A stretch of 61,048 nucleotides of DNA, the filler included. It is 8 parts of 8 records of this genome, joined end to end, with 100 filler letters (N's around TTAATTAATTAA, not from the genome) between each part and the next. Parts side by side here need not be neighbours in the genome. Positions count along the whole stretch, not along the records: positions 28,340 to 37,434 come from SRR20825010_3021; positions 37,535 to 46,533 come from SRR20825010_3024; 6 more parts are not named here. One strand, 5' to 3'. This document shows positions 28,963 through 38,793 of this stretch, piece after piece. Positions within the stretch are counted from its first letter, which is position 1. Each line of letters opens with the position of its first letter. The notes under the pieces are model-generated. The model was not told where the DNA came from. It saw only the letters and a list, made by a program, of their open reading frames with translations, and ran no database searches. A program made the translations under genes and the position numbers.

Positions 28963-30368
28963 TTCAACGTCTCCCGCGCGGCCTGGACCGCAGCTTTCAC
29001 ATTTTCAGGGGCGGTGCCGCCAAACGAGGTGCGGCTGGTGACAGACGCCTCAACACTGAGGACAGAATAGATATCTTCCGTGATGCGCGGCTCAACCGCC
29101 TGCATGGCATCAAGTGGCAGGTCTTTAAGGTCAACACCTTGTGTTTCCGCTTCTTTTACCACGGTGCCTGTCACGTGGTGAGCGTCGCGGAACGGTAGTC
29201 CAAGCACGCGTACCAGCCAATCAGCGAGGTCTGTGGCGGTTGAGAAACCGAGGCTCGCTGCCTTGGCCATCTCGTCCGTGCGGGGCTTCAGGTCAGCCAT
29301 CATGCCGGTCATGGCGGCAAGGCACAGCACAAAGTCGTCCACAGCCTGGAAAACAGGTTCTTTATCTTCCTGCATGTCTTTTGAATACGCAAGCGGCAGG
29401 CCCTTCATGACCATCAGAAGGCCATTCAGGGAGCCCGTGATGCGGCCAACCTTGGCACGCACAAGCTCGGCTGCATCAGGGTTGCGCTTTTGCGGCATGA
29501 TAGACGAACCAGTTGAAAAGCCGTCTGAAAGTTCAAGGAACTTGAAGGCGGACGTGGCCCACAGCACGATCTCATCGGCAAGGCGTGACAGGTGCACGGC
29601 CGAGATTGAGAGCACAGACAAAAACTCAAGCGCGAAGTCCCGCGAGGATACCGCGTCAAGCGAGTTGGCCAGCGGCCGGTCAAAACCAAGGGCCTCAGCC
29701 GTCATGTGCCGATCAATGGGGAAGCTGGTGCCAGCAAGGGCTGCGGCGCCCAGCGGGCTTTCGTTCACCCTCGCGCGGCAGTCTTTCAGGCGTGCACGGT
29801 CCCGTGCAAACATTTCATGATAGGCCATCAAATGGTGGCCAAGCGTAACCGGCTGCGCAGTCTGCAAATGTGTAAAACCGGGCATGACCGAACCAGCGTG
29901 TTTTTCAGCCTGATCAAGAAGTGTGCTCAGCAGGTCCCTGAGGCCATGGTCCAGCTCGTCACAGCGTTCACGCACCCAGAGCCGAAAGTCTGTCGCGACC
30001 TGATCGTTGCGGGAACGGCCGGTATGAAGCCGCGCGCCAGCATCGCCCACAATCTCGCGCAGGCGATTTTCCACGTGCATGTGGATGTCTTCAAGTGCGG
30101 GGTCAAAAACCATCTCGCCCGCTTCAATCTCAGCTTTGACCTGATCAAGCCCCTTATGGATCGCGGCAACATCATCGGTCGGGATAATACCCTGTGCGCC
30201 CAGCATGGTTGCGTGCGCTTTTGAGCCCGCGATGTCTTCCGCGTACAGGCGGCGGTCAAACCCGATTGAGGCGTTGATTTCCTGCATGATGGCAGAAGGG
30301 CCCGCACCAAAGCGCCCACCCCACATGGATTGGCCCTTTTGCTTGTTTTTGTCGTTATTGTGATCCAT
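28959..30368 (-). CDS. argH: argininosuccinate lyase
   Basis: [33 protein letters not shown]. Confidence 0.96.
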   Translation of the reverse strand: MDHNNDKNKQKGQSMWGGRFGAGPSAIMQEINASIGFDRRLYAEDIAGSKAHATMLGAQGIIPTDDVAAIHKGLDQVKAEIEAGEMVFDPALEDIHMHVENRLREIVGDAGARLHTGRSRNDQVATDFRLWVRERCDELDHGLRDLLSTLLDQAEKHAGSVMPGFTHLQTAQPVTLGHHLMAYHEMFARDRARLKDCRARVNESPLGAAALAGTSFPIDRHMTAEALGFDRPLANSLDAVSSRDFALEFLSVLSISAVHLSRLADEIVLWATSAFKFLELSDGFSTGSSIMPQKRNPDAAELVRAKVGRITGSLNGLLMVMKGLPLAYSKDMQEDKEPVFQAVDDFVLCLAAMTGMMADLKPRTDEMAKAASLGFSTATDLADWLVRVLGLPFRDAHHVTGTVVKEAETQGVDLKDLPLDAMQAVEPRITEDIYSVLSVEASVTSRTSFGGTAPENVKAAVQAARETLK

Positions 30369-30442
30369 GCCAGTCTTGCCTTTCCAATCAGCGCCTATAT
30401 GTTTGTGGCCGCTAACGTACCTTTGTAACCCGGAGTCAGTGG

Positions 30443-31024
30443 ATGCCCAAAAAAGTCCTCATACTTTCCACCATCGTGGTCGCTCTTTTGGGCGTTGCAG
30501 CTTATCGAGTGTTTATAACGCCGACAACGGCGGATGCACCGATAAATTCTTACCTGAAAGGCGAAATGGCAAAGCTGACCTTGCCTGAAGAGCCAATGAT
30601 GCTGCCGTCGCACGAAATTATATTCGAGGATGGCAGCAAAGCGCCGCTTTCAAGCCTCAAAGGCAAGGCCATGCTGGTGAACTTGTGGGCAAGCTGGTGC
30701 GCGCCGTGCCGCGCGGAGATGAAAGAGCTTGCTAATCTGCAGCATGAGCTGGGCGGCGAAAACTTTGAAGTGGTGGCGATTACTGTGGATCGCGGCGGCA
30801 TTCCGCAGGCGGAAGAAACCCTTGAGGAATGGGGTATTGAAGGCCTCGCGCTTTATGCCGAGCCCACAATGAAAATCGCTTTTGATCTGGCTGACGGCGC
30901 CCTGCCCACAAGTTATGTGGTCGGGCGTGACGGCGAGGTGAAAGCCCTGTTTCTTGGCCCCCTGAAATGGGACAAGCCAGAGGCGCTTGAGCTTTTCAAA
31001 GCGCTGGCAGCCGGGAAAATCTAG
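30443..31024 (+). CDS. tlpA: TlpA thiol:disulfide oxidoreductase
   Basis: N-terminal TM anchor, [10 protein letters not shown], cis-Pro LPT; divergent from argH. Confidence 0.88.
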   Translation: MPKKVLILSTIVVALLGVAAYRVFITPTTADAPINSYLKGEMAKLTLPEEPMMLPSHEIIFEDGSKAPLSSLKGKAMLVNLWASWCAPCRAEMKELANLQHELGGENFEVVAITVDRGGIPQAEETLEEWGIEGLALYAEPTMKIAFDLADGALPTSYVVGRDGEVKALFLGPLKWDKPEALELFKALAAGKI

Positions 31025-31121
31025 GCTTTCAGTTTTTGAAATTCACACTCTTGTCATCGTTGTAGGCCCACATTTGTGCTATTATCAACCCGTTCAATGA
31101 TTGCATGATTGGGGAATGATG

Positions 31122-31709
31122 ATGCGTAAATTGATAGGTTTTTCACTCGTTCTTTTAGCCAGCCTATCGGCCAGCAACGCTTTTGCGGCTGATGTGGATG
31201 ATTACCTTGTTGGCGACCTCAGTGGCCTGAACGTGAAGGCCGGTGAAGTGCAAGTCGCTGATATGAAAGTGGTCTCTGATTTCAACGGCACCAAAAAAAC
31301 CGTTGAGACGCTCGGTGAGAAGGCAGGCAAAGCTCTTATCGTCACCTTTTATGGTCGGGAATGTCTTGGCTGTCGCGCCCACCTGCGTAGCCTCGCCGCA
31401 CTTCAGCGCGAGATGGGGGATGACCGTATGGAAATTGTCGCTCTCAGCCTTGACGAAGGCAACATCCACCAGGCAAAGCGCACCCTTGACCGTTGGGGCA
31501 TTGAAGGCCTTGCGCCTTATACACCGTATCACCTGAGCATCCTGCGAGACCTGACGATGGACCCGGATTTCCGGCGAAACGGTACAGGGCCCGCCTCAGT
31601 TATCATAGGGCCGGACGGTTTGATAAAAGCGACATCCTATCGCCTCCGGCACTGGGAAGCGCCGGAAACAATAGCATTTTTTGACGCACTGGCGGACGGT
31701 AAAATCTAG
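31122..31709 (+). CDS. divergent TlpA-like thioredoxin-fold protein
   Basis: signal peptide, FYGRECLGC, EIVALSLD, GPAS; C-terminus LADGKI nearly identical to upstream TlpA LAAGKI. Confidence 0.75.
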   Translation: MRKLIGFSLVLLASLSASNAFAADVDDYLVGDLSGLNVKAGEVQVADMKVVSDFNGTKKTVETLGEKAGKALIVTFYGRECLGCRAHLRSLAALQREMGDDRMEIVALSLDEGNIHQAKRTLDRWGIEGLAPYTPYHLSILRDLTMDPDFRRNGTGPASVIIGPDGLIKATSYRLRHWEAPETIAFFDALADGKI

Positions 31710-32383
31710 CCTAAGCGCTTGGCATCAATGGGAATTTCGTCCTGCGCAACAACTTCATTTTCAAGGGCCGCGTCCTTGTACCATGCGTCCACCAGCGGGT
31801 GGGCGCGCACGGCATCCATATAGGCGCGAGATGTTTCGCTGACCTCAATGCCGTAGGTGATAAGTCGGGCCACAACGGGGGCGAACATCATGTCTGCCGC
31901 GCTGAAGTCACCAAACAGGAAATCACCAGCACCGCCAAAGCGAGCGCGGGCTTCATCCCAGCGTGCGGTGACCTTTTTCACGTCGTTCTCGACAGCCTCA
32001 CAGAGCTCCATATCGGACCATGAGCCCCTGAGGTTCATGGGCGCATATGTGCGTAAGCCCATGTAACTAGAGTGCATTTCGGCGCAGATGCTGCGGGCGA
32101 AACCATAAGCCGCATCATCTTCCGGCCACCAGTAAGCCTGCGGGGCGATGCGCGCGCAATAGTCGATAATCGCGAGCGAATCCCACACCACCGTCGCACC
32201 ATGATGCAACGCCGGCACGGTCCTGCTTGGGGAAAGTGCACCAATGCGTGCGTAAAAATCCGGCGTGTCCAGCGTCAGTTTCTCTTCCTCAAAAACCAGG
32301 CCGGTATGGGCAACAGCAAGCCACCCGCGCAGGGACCAGCTTGAATAAGTCTTTGTTCCGATGACAATTTTAAGGGCGGGCAT
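31706..32383 (-). CDS. glutathione S-transferase family protein
   Basis: YSSWSLRGWL, SP...VP.L, WDSLAI, AEMHS. Confidence 0.9.
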   Translation of the reverse strand: MPALKIVIGTKTYSSWSLRGWLAVAHTGLVFEEEKLTLDTPDFYARIGALSPSRTVPALHHGATVVWDSLAIIDYCARIAPQAYWWPEDDAAYGFARSICAEMHSSYMGLRTYAPMNLRGSWSDMELCEAVENDVKKVTARWDEARARFGGAGDFLFGDFSAADMMFAPVVARLITYGIEVSETSRAYMDAVRAHPLVDAWYKDAALENEVVAQDEIPIDAKRLG

Positions 32384-32504
32384 GGTGTGGGTTCCTCCAG
32401 ATGCCTAAGAGAGACTATTGCACATAACACACCGCGGATGCGGGTGCGAGCGTGTTTGATCCCTCATAAAGCAAAGACGAAAAGAGGTGCCCATCTTTGG
32501 TATT

Positions 32505-32527
32505 GCAATTAAGAATGATTATTAATT
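32505..32527. promoter_or_regulatory. Fur-box-like site
   Basis: TAAGAAT-G-ATTATTA (32510-32524), a 7-1-7 inverted repeat with 3 mismatches to TGATAATNATTATCA. Confidence 0.55.
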
Positions 32528-32690
32528 ATACTGATCTTCAGGCCAAATGCAGCGCCGCCGAACCACCTGTTACGCCACACATGTGTGGCGGGTCTGTAGG
32601 CAGGAGTGTGGCGCGAGTGTGCTGGTTTTTGTGGCGTAGGTGTGGCGGAGCACCGCCACAGGTAAATTGCGATATAAAGGAAGGGGACCG

Positions 32691-33509
32691 ATGACCTGTT
32701 GCCAGAAGATGTCACGTTCAAAACCCGTGATGGGTGCCACCATGAGCATCACGACACTCGGGCTCCATGGGTTTTGCGCGGCGCGGGTGATCAGGCGGGC
32801 ATTTGAAGCGGTGGACCTGATAACCGGCATGGTGGACACGGAGAGCACAAAAAGCGAATTGATGCGCCTGCTGGCAGCGCCGATTGGGGAGAGCCATTAT
32901 GTCTCAACCCCGCTATGGCAGATGCTCAGGATCGCGAATGAGATCGCGTACCGTTCAGACGGTGCGTTTGATGTTGCTGCAGCGGGCACAGGCGGTACAG
33001 CACGCTGGACCGATATTGACCTTTCGGTGAAAAACCTTGTCCGGCTCAGCAGGCCCTTGCAGGTTGACTTATGTGCGATCGCCAAGGGCTTTGTGGTTGA
33101 TGCTGCCGTCAAGGCGCTGCAGGAAGCTGGGGTGCACCAGGGCATTGTAGACCTTGATGGCTGTATTCGGGCGTTTGGCCCACAGGAATGGCGCGTATAC
33201 TTCAGCTTGAACGCATCCGGAGACGGCGCGAGGCTGCCCATCACCCTCAGGGATGGCGCCTTGGCATGTTTTGGGGAGGGATACGGCAGCGCAGCCCTTT
33301 ATGATGCCCGGCAGGATATGTTGTTCGCGAAAGAAGAGTGGGGGACCGACGGTGTGATTATCCGTGCGCCTTCGGCCGCGTTTGCCGCTGGCCTCACGCA
33401 TGTTGCTGCCCTTATGCCCACAGATGCCGCCAAAGTCCTGAGGGGCCTCAGCGCCCAAGGGCTTGTGTTAACGCGTGAGGGGCCGCGGGTTCTGGAGTGC
33501 ACGCCATAA
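32691..33509 (+). CDS. ApbE-like FAD:protein FMN transferase, degenerate
   Basis: VMGA, S.GAFDV, DLCAIAKGFVVD, VDLDGCIR; later conserved motifs altered; ATG after AAGGAAGG. Confidence 0.75.
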   Translation: MTCCQKMSRSKPVMGATMSITTLGLHGFCAARVIRRAFEAVDLITGMVDTESTKSELMRLLAAPIGESHYVSTPLWQMLRIANEIAYRSDGAFDVAAAGTGGTARWTDIDLSVKNLVRLSRPLQVDLCAIAKGFVVDAAVKALQEAGVHQGIVDLDGCIRAFGPQEWRVYFSLNASGDGARLPITLRDGALACFGEGYGSAALYDARQDMLFAKEEWGTDGVIIRAPSAAFAAGLTHVAALMPTDAAKVLRGLSAQGLVLTREGPRVLECTP

Positions 33510-33535
33510 AAAAACCCGGCAGACGCCGGGTTTTT
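33508..33535. terminator. bidirectional intrinsic terminator
   Basis: AAAAAAACCCGGC-AGAC-GCCGGGTTTTT. Confidence 0.88.
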
Positions 33536-33559
33536 CAGTGATTGGTTTCAGCCGCTTAA

Positions 33560-34189
33560 TTAAGCAGCAGCTTTCCCGCGCTGTTTGCGCTGGCGGCGTA
33601 CCATGTAAACCAGTGCAGGCAACAGCAGAAGCGCGCCAGCAGGTTCAGGCACAGGCGCCGGACCAACAATCAGCGCAACGTTCGAGAATGCTGAGTGTGA
33701 GTTCGGAGATAAGTTGCCGGGGTTCGGCTGGAATGCACCGGTATCACCGCCAGGCAAAGCGAATGTGGAAGAGGATGGAGACAGGGTCACGTTAAGGCTT
33801 AGGAAATAAGTACCCGCTGCCTGAATGAGGTCACCAATGCCGCCGGTTGTCAGGATCGGTGCAACCGTTTCCTCGACAACATAACCAAGGAACGAATAGG
33901 TAGCGACGCCATCAAATTCGTAAATACTCCAGGTGAAATCGAATGGAGCGAGGTCAGTGACTCCGTTGCAAAGGGAAGTCAATGTCCCCTGCACATTCAC
34001 GTTGGGATTGGTGTCAAAGGACGATCCGCAGCCGTCGAGCGCAACAGATTCTCCCAAAGCGATCGGGGAGTAGACGCCCGCATCAGCCTGTAATTCGCCA
34101 TAAATAGTGGCCGCCGAAGCTGCATTTGAAAATGCGATACCCGATGCCAAGGCAAAGCCTACCGCGAAGATTTTCTTTAGAACCGTCAT
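33560..34189 (-). CDS. PEP-CTERM sorting domain protein
   Basis: signal peptide ending ASA-A; C-terminal VPEP + TM helix + RRQRKQR. Confidence 0.88.
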   Translation of the reverse strand: MTVLKKIFAVGFALASGIAFSNAASAATIYGELQADAGVYSPIALGESVALDGCGSSFDTNPNVNVQGTLTSLCNGVTDLAPFDFTWSIYEFDGVATYSFLGYVVEETVAPILTTGGIGDLIQAAGTYFLSLNVTLSPSSSTFALPGGDTGAFQPNPGNLSPNSHSAFSNVALIVGPAPVPEPAGALLLLPALVYMVRRQRKQRGKAAA

Positions 34190-34300
34190 TTTTAAATATC
34201 CCATGACAATGTGATTTGATGTCCTTATATCTAAATTCTGGACGAAATTCTATTAAAATTGTAAGAAGTACGCAAATATCTGACAGGGGCGGCTCACAGC

Positions 34301-36238
34301 ATGGTTCGGAAATATGGTTTAGTGGTTGCGTTACTTCTCGCTGCGTGTGGGGATTCCAGCGAATTAGGTTTAGATTCCAACGAGTTGGCCGGATATGACA
34401 AGGCTGCGCTCGAAAAACTGGTGGAGGATGGTCAATCGGATAAGGCCATCAAGGTTATTCGTGCAAAAGAGCAGCTCAATATTGCTGGTACGGATGATTT
34501 TCTGGTCCTTGCAGATATTTATCTGGGCCAGTTTAACGGAGTCGCGGCCCAGGTTGCGATTGAAAAAGCACGCAACAGCGGTGCCATTCGTTCCCAGACC
34601 GCACTGCCGATGGGCTCGGCCTATATGCTGCAGCGCAGGCTAGAGGATGCCAAGGCAGAGCTTCGCAATGTCATGCTGTCCGGCAGCGGCGGTTTTGAAG
34701 CCCTGATGCTTCAGGCTGATCTGGCGGTGCAGGGAGATGATATTGAGCTTGCGCGCAAATATTACGCAGCCGCAGCAGAGATGGAACCTCAAAACTACCG
34801 GGTTGATCTTGGTATCGCGCTTCTGGAGTTGGGCGAGGGCAATTTGGACGCCGCGAAGGCGGCGGCACAGGTAGCTCACGGTAAAGACGATAGTAATGCG
34901 ATGCCTGAGTATATCATGGGCTCGGTGGCGCGCGCGAAAGGTGAGCCTGAGCGGGCAATTGAGCTTTTAAATAACTCTCTTGAACTGCAATCAACCTATA
35001 TTCACGCTCTCCTCGAGTTGATCGCAGCCTACATGGACGTTGCCAATATAGAGAAAGCGGAAGAAACACTGGACCGGGCGATTGCCATCGCGCCAAACTA
35101 TTCTATCACCCAGTTTTATGCAGCGTTTATTCTGGCAGAAAAAGGTAACCTGCAGGAAGCACAGGAAACGCTGCTCCGCACCGGCGATTTGATTGGTGTT
35201 TACCCGGCCGCCACCCGCCTCTATGGCTTGGTGTCGTTCCGCGCGGGTAAATATTCAATCGCCTCAAAATATCTGCAACTGTTCCTTGATAGATATCCGG
35301 AAGACCGTGAAGTGAGGCTTTCGCTGGCCGAAAGCCTTGTGCGCACCGGCTTCCCGGGACCATCGCTTGAGGTGCTCAAGCCGCTCACGGTACAAGATGC
35401 GGCAGATGCGGACGCGCAAGCGGCTGCAGGCGCTGCGAATGTGGCGCTTGGTAACGGCAAGGAAGCAGCTGAGAATTACCGCAAGGCGATTGAGTATGCC
35501 ACGGAAGTTAAAGCCTCTGAGAATGATGATACCAACCGCCAGATCAAAGGCAGCTTGATTTCAGCGCAAGCGATTGCGGAATACCGGGCAGGCAACCGTG
35601 ATCGGGCGATTGAGTTGATGAGCGGCCTTGAAGAGCTTGGTTTGCTTTCAAGTGAACACCTGACATCCATCGCCAACATGCAGCTTGAGAATGCGCAATA
35701 TGTAGATGCCCTGGCAACGGCGAACAAGCTCTTGGAAAAAGGCGGGAGCGATGCTTTGGCCCATAATATCAAGGGGTCGGCCTATTACCGCATGAACCAG
35801 ATGGAAGACGCTGTGGCCTCACTTTCAAAGGCGATAGCGTTGAAACCTGATTATCAGTCAGCACTCAAGAACCGGGCTTATGCTTATAGTGTGCTAGGCA
35901 ACTATCAGGGCACTAAAGCTGACCTGAAGGAGCTTGTCACCAAGGTTGCGGGTGACGGTCAGCTCTATGCAAAACTCGGGCATACACATTTGATGTTGTC
36001 TGAGTTCTCGGAAGCACGGGTTGCTTTGCGCACGGCTCGTCAGTTGCTACCAAACTCAGCCGCAGTGGCCGCAAACTATGGTTACGCGCTCGCGCAACTT
36101 GGGTCATACAGTGAAGCAATAGCAGCGACAGAAGCGGCGTTCGCGCTCGCAGGCTTTGATAAAGCGTTTCAGGCTGAGCTTAGAAATACCATTATTGAAT
36201 ATAAAGCCGCTCTGGAGCAGAAAGAGAAAGAGCAATAA
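34301..36238 (+). CDS. TPR-repeat lipoprotein (PrsT-like)
   Basis: lipobox LAAC, many TPR-like helical repeats, divergent from a PEP-CTERM gene. Confidence 0.75.
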   Translation: MVRKYGLVVALLLAACGDSSELGLDSNELAGYDKAALEKLVEDGQSDKAIKVIRAKEQLNIAGTDDFLVLADIYLGQFNGVAAQVAIEKARNSGAIRSQTALPMGSAYMLQRRLEDAKAELRNVMLSGSGGFEALMLQADLAVQGDDIELARKYYAAAAEMEPQNYRVDLGIALLELGEGNLDAAKAAAQVAHGKDDSNAMPEYIMGSVARAKGEPERAIELLNNSLELQSTYIHALLELIAAYMDVANIEKAEETLDRAIAIAPNYSITQFYAAFILAEKGNLQEAQETLLRTGDLIGVYPAATRLYGLVSFRAGKYSIASKYLQLFLDRYPEDREVRLSLAESLVRTGFPGPSLEVLKPLTVQDAADADAQAAAGAANVALGNGKEAAENYRKAIEYATEVKASENDDTNRQIKGSLISAQAIAEYRAGNRDRAIELMSGLEELGLLSSEHLTSIANMQLENAQYVDALATANKLLEKGGSDALAHNIKGSAYYRMNQMEDAVASLSKAIALKPDYQSALKNRAYAYSVLGNYQGTKADLKELVTKVAGDGQLYAKLGHTHLMLSEFSEARVALRTARQLLPNSAAVAANYGYALAQLGSYSEAIAATEAAFALAGFDKAFQAELRNTIIEYKAALEQKEKEQ

Positions 36239-36280
36239 TAAGCTTTACTTCTTCTGGCTTGGATGCTCCTGACCAGATAA

Positions 36281-36320
36281 AAAGAAAAGCCGCTTCAAAT
36301 GAGGCGGCTTTTTCATTTTT
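36281..36320. terminator. bidirectional intrinsic terminator
   Basis: AAAAGCCGCTTC-AAAT-GAGGCGGCTTTTT. Confidence 0.85.
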
Positions 36321-36342
36321 GGCGCTTGTCTAACCGGTTGGG

Positions 36343-37218
36343 TTAGCGGGTCGGAACCGGGTCGCCTTCAACGCGGTAATCATAAAAACCGCGCCCGGCC
36401 TTGCGGCCAAGCCATCCGGCTTCAACATATTTCACCAGCAATGGGCAGGGGCGATACTTGCTGTCCGCCAGTCCATCATACAGCACCTGCATGATGGAAA
36501 GGCAGGTATCAAGGCCGATAAAGTCTGCCAGCGTGAGCGGCCCCATGGGGTGATTGGCACCCAGCATCATGGCATTATCAATCGCTTCAACGCTGCCTAC
36601 GCCTTCATAAAGCGTGTAGATCGCCTCATTGATCATCGGCATCAAAATGCGGTTGACGATAAAGGCCGGGAAATCTTCCGAAATGACAGTGGTTTTGTTG
36701 AGCTTGGCGGTGAACACCTTGAAACGCTCAAAGGTTTCTTCAGATGTCGCAATGCCGGGGATCAGTTCCACCAGTTGCATGAGCGGCACCGGGTTCATGA
36801 AATGAACACCCATGAATTTCTCTGGCCGGTCGGTTGACGCTGCGAGGCGAGTGATCGCGATCGAGGATGTGTTTGATGCCACAAGCGCGCTTGATTTCAG
36901 GTGCGGGCACAATTCCTTGAAGATCGTGGTTTTGATCTTCTCGTTCTCGACCGCCGCTTCAATAACAAGGTCGCAGCTCGAGTGCGCGCTCAAGCTATCA
37001 GCAATTTTAATGCGTTTGAGGGCGGCATCCATTTCATCAGCGGTGATTTTGCCCTTGCCAACCTGGCGGGAGAGGTTGCCTTTGATGATCTCAAGGCCAC
37101 GCTCAACCTTTTCCATGCTGACATCGGAAAGCATCACATTCATGCCCGCGAGCGCACTGACATGCGCGATGCCGTTACCCATCTGGCCCGCGCCAATAAC
37201 CCCTACCTTCTCAACCAT
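36343..37218 (-). CDS. hbd: 3-hydroxybutyryl-CoA dehydrogenase
   Basis: GAGQMGNG, SNTSSI, HFMNPVP, NHPMGPL.LADFIGLD. Confidence 0.93.
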   Translation of the reverse strand: MVEKVGVIGAGQMGNGIAHVSALAGMNVMLSDVSMEKVERGLEIIKGNLSRQVGKGKITADEMDAALKRIKIADSLSAHSSCDLVIEAAVENEKIKTTIFKELCPHLKSSALVASNTSSIAITRLAASTDRPEKFMGVHFMNPVPLMQLVELIPGIATSEETFERFKVFTAKLNKTTVISEDFPAFIVNRILMPMINEAIYTLYEGVGSVEAIDNAMMLGANHPMGPLTLADFIGLDTCLSIMQVLYDGLADSKYRPCPLLVKYVEAGWLGRKAGRGFYDYRVEGDPVPTR

Positions 37219-37277
37219 TCTTATTTCTTTCGAAGCTTTGTTTTCAGAGCCTTATCTGGCTTCTTATTATCACGTTT

Positions 37278-37305
37278 AAAAAAAGGGCGCTATAGAAGCG
37301 CCCTT
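37278..37305 (-). terminator. intrinsic terminator after etfA
   Basis: minus strand AAGGGCGCT-TCTAT-AGCGCCC-TTTTTTT. Confidence 0.75.
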
Positions 37306-37326
37306 AATTTCTGATTGTCTGTAGGC

Positions 37327-37434
37327 TTAGAGAGCCTTCTCGAGAGCAGGCACTGCCTCGAAGAGATCAGCCACAAGGCCGTAGTCCGCAACCTGGAAGA
37401 TCGGGGCTTCTTCGTCCTTGTTGATCGCAACGAT
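37327..37434 (-). CDS. etfA: electron transfer flavoprotein alpha subunit, C-terminal fragment
   Basis: translates as [35 protein letters not shown]. Confidence 0.93.
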   Translation of the reverse strand: MVAINKDEEAPIFQVADYGLVADLFEAVPALEKAL

Positions 37435-37534
37435 NNNNNNNNNNNNNNNNNNNNNNNNNNNNNNNNNNNNNNNNNNNNTTAATTAATTAANNNNNNNNNN
37501 NNNNNNNNNNNNNNNNNNNNNNNNNNNNNNNNNN
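37435..37534. other. artificial contig linker
   Basis: 44 N + TTAATTAATTAA + 44 N. Confidence 0.99.
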
Positions 37535-37604
37535 CCGTTTGACCTTGCCCCCCAACCGCCCTAGGCTTTGCAACGATTTCAAGACCGTACACAGGAGATG
37601 CGAC

Positions 37605-38735
37605 GTGGGACTGTTTGATCTGATTCGTTCAGAATTGATTGACATCATCGAATGGATCGATGACACACAACATACGTTGGTGTGGCGATTCCCTCGGCAT
37701 GACAACGAAATCAAAAACGGAGCGCAATTGATTGTGCGTCCGGGCCAGACGGCCGTCTTCGTTTACAAAGGCGAAATCGCCGACATCTACCCGCCCGGTC
37801 ATTACCAACTGACGACCGACAACATGCCCGTCATGACGACGCTGCAAGGTTGGAAGTACGGATTCGACAGCCCGTTCAAAGCCGAAGTTTACTTCGTCAG
37901 CACCCGCCAGCTGACCGATCTGAAGTGGGGCACGCCCAATCCGATCATGTTGCGAGACCCCGAGTTCGGTCCGATTCGAATTCGCGCCTTCGGAACATAC
38001 GCGTTGCGTGCCGTCGATCCCAAGGCGTTGCTGCTGGAAATTGTGGGCACCAACGGTGAATTCGGTGCAGACGATGTCAACGTGCTGTTGCGTTCGATCA
38101 TCCAATCTTCATTCGCGGACCTGATCGGCTCATCGCAAATCGCCGCTTTGGATCTGGCCAGCAATTACGAGCAACTCGCCGCTCAACTTCGCGAACGCGT
38201 CGTTGAAAAGATCGACGACGAGTACGGTTTGGATTGCCCCCAGCTTTTCATCGTCAACATCTCACTTCCCGAGTCGGTTGAGAAAGCTCTCGACACGCGG
38301 ACGAGCATGGGTGTGATCGGCGACATGAATCGGTTCCAACAATTCCAAATGGGCCAAGCGATGACATCGGCCGCCGAAAACGGTGGCGGCGGTGGTGCGT
38401 CCGAAGGATTGGGACTGGGACTCGGTGTCGCGATGGCCGGTCGGATGATGCCAGGCGCTATGAACCCTGGTGCGATGAACCCCGGCGCAGCAGCGGGATC
38501 CGGCGGCCCTCCTCCACCCCCCGCTGCGACGGCGTGGTACGTCGCAAAGGATGGGGTGACGCATGGTCCCTTCACGGCCGAGCAAATTCGATCCGGAATT
38601 GGAAGCGGAGAGATGGGAGCCGAATCAATGGTTTGGTCTTCCGGAATGGGCGGCTGGTTGATGGCCAAAGATGTTCCCGCTTTGGCATCGATGCTGGCCG
38701 CTGGCAGTCCTCCGCCACCGCCACCAGCGAACTGA
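37605..38735 (+). CDS. SPFH (band-7) domain protein with C-terminal GYF_2 domain and Pro-rich linkers
   Basis: IDIIEW, EIKNGAQLIVRPGQ.AVF, SPFKAEVYF, KWGT.NPI; C-terminal WY...G...GPF...VW..GM..W; GTG start after AGGAG. Confidence 0.85.
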   Translation: MGLFDLIRSELIDIIEWIDDTQHTLVWRFPRHDNEIKNGAQLIVRPGQTAVFVYKGEIADIYPPGHYQLTTDNMPVMTTLQGWKYGFDSPFKAEVYFVSTRQLTDLKWGTPNPIMLRDPEFGPIRIRAFGTYALRAVDPKALLLEIVGTNGEFGADDVNVLLRSIIQSSFADLIGSSQIAALDLASNYEQLAAQLRERVVEKIDDEYGLDCPQLFIVNISLPESVEKALDTRTSMGVIGDMNRFQQFQMGQAMTSAAENGGGGGASEGLGLGLGVAMAGRMMPGAMNPGAMNPGAAAGSGGPPPPPAATAWYVAKDGVTHGPFTAEQIRSGIGSGEMGAESMVWSSGMGGWLMAKDVPALASMLAAGSPPPPPPAN

Positions 38736-38793
38736 TTGAGACAACGGACTTTCACGGCCACCGTGATGGAATGATGACAACGGAGTGAACTGA

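Noticed and set aside
33560-34189. PEP-CTERM protein as flavinylation substrate of the neighbouring ApbE
   Set aside because: No [ST]GA[ST] flavinylation motif found; the genes are convergent and separated by a terminator
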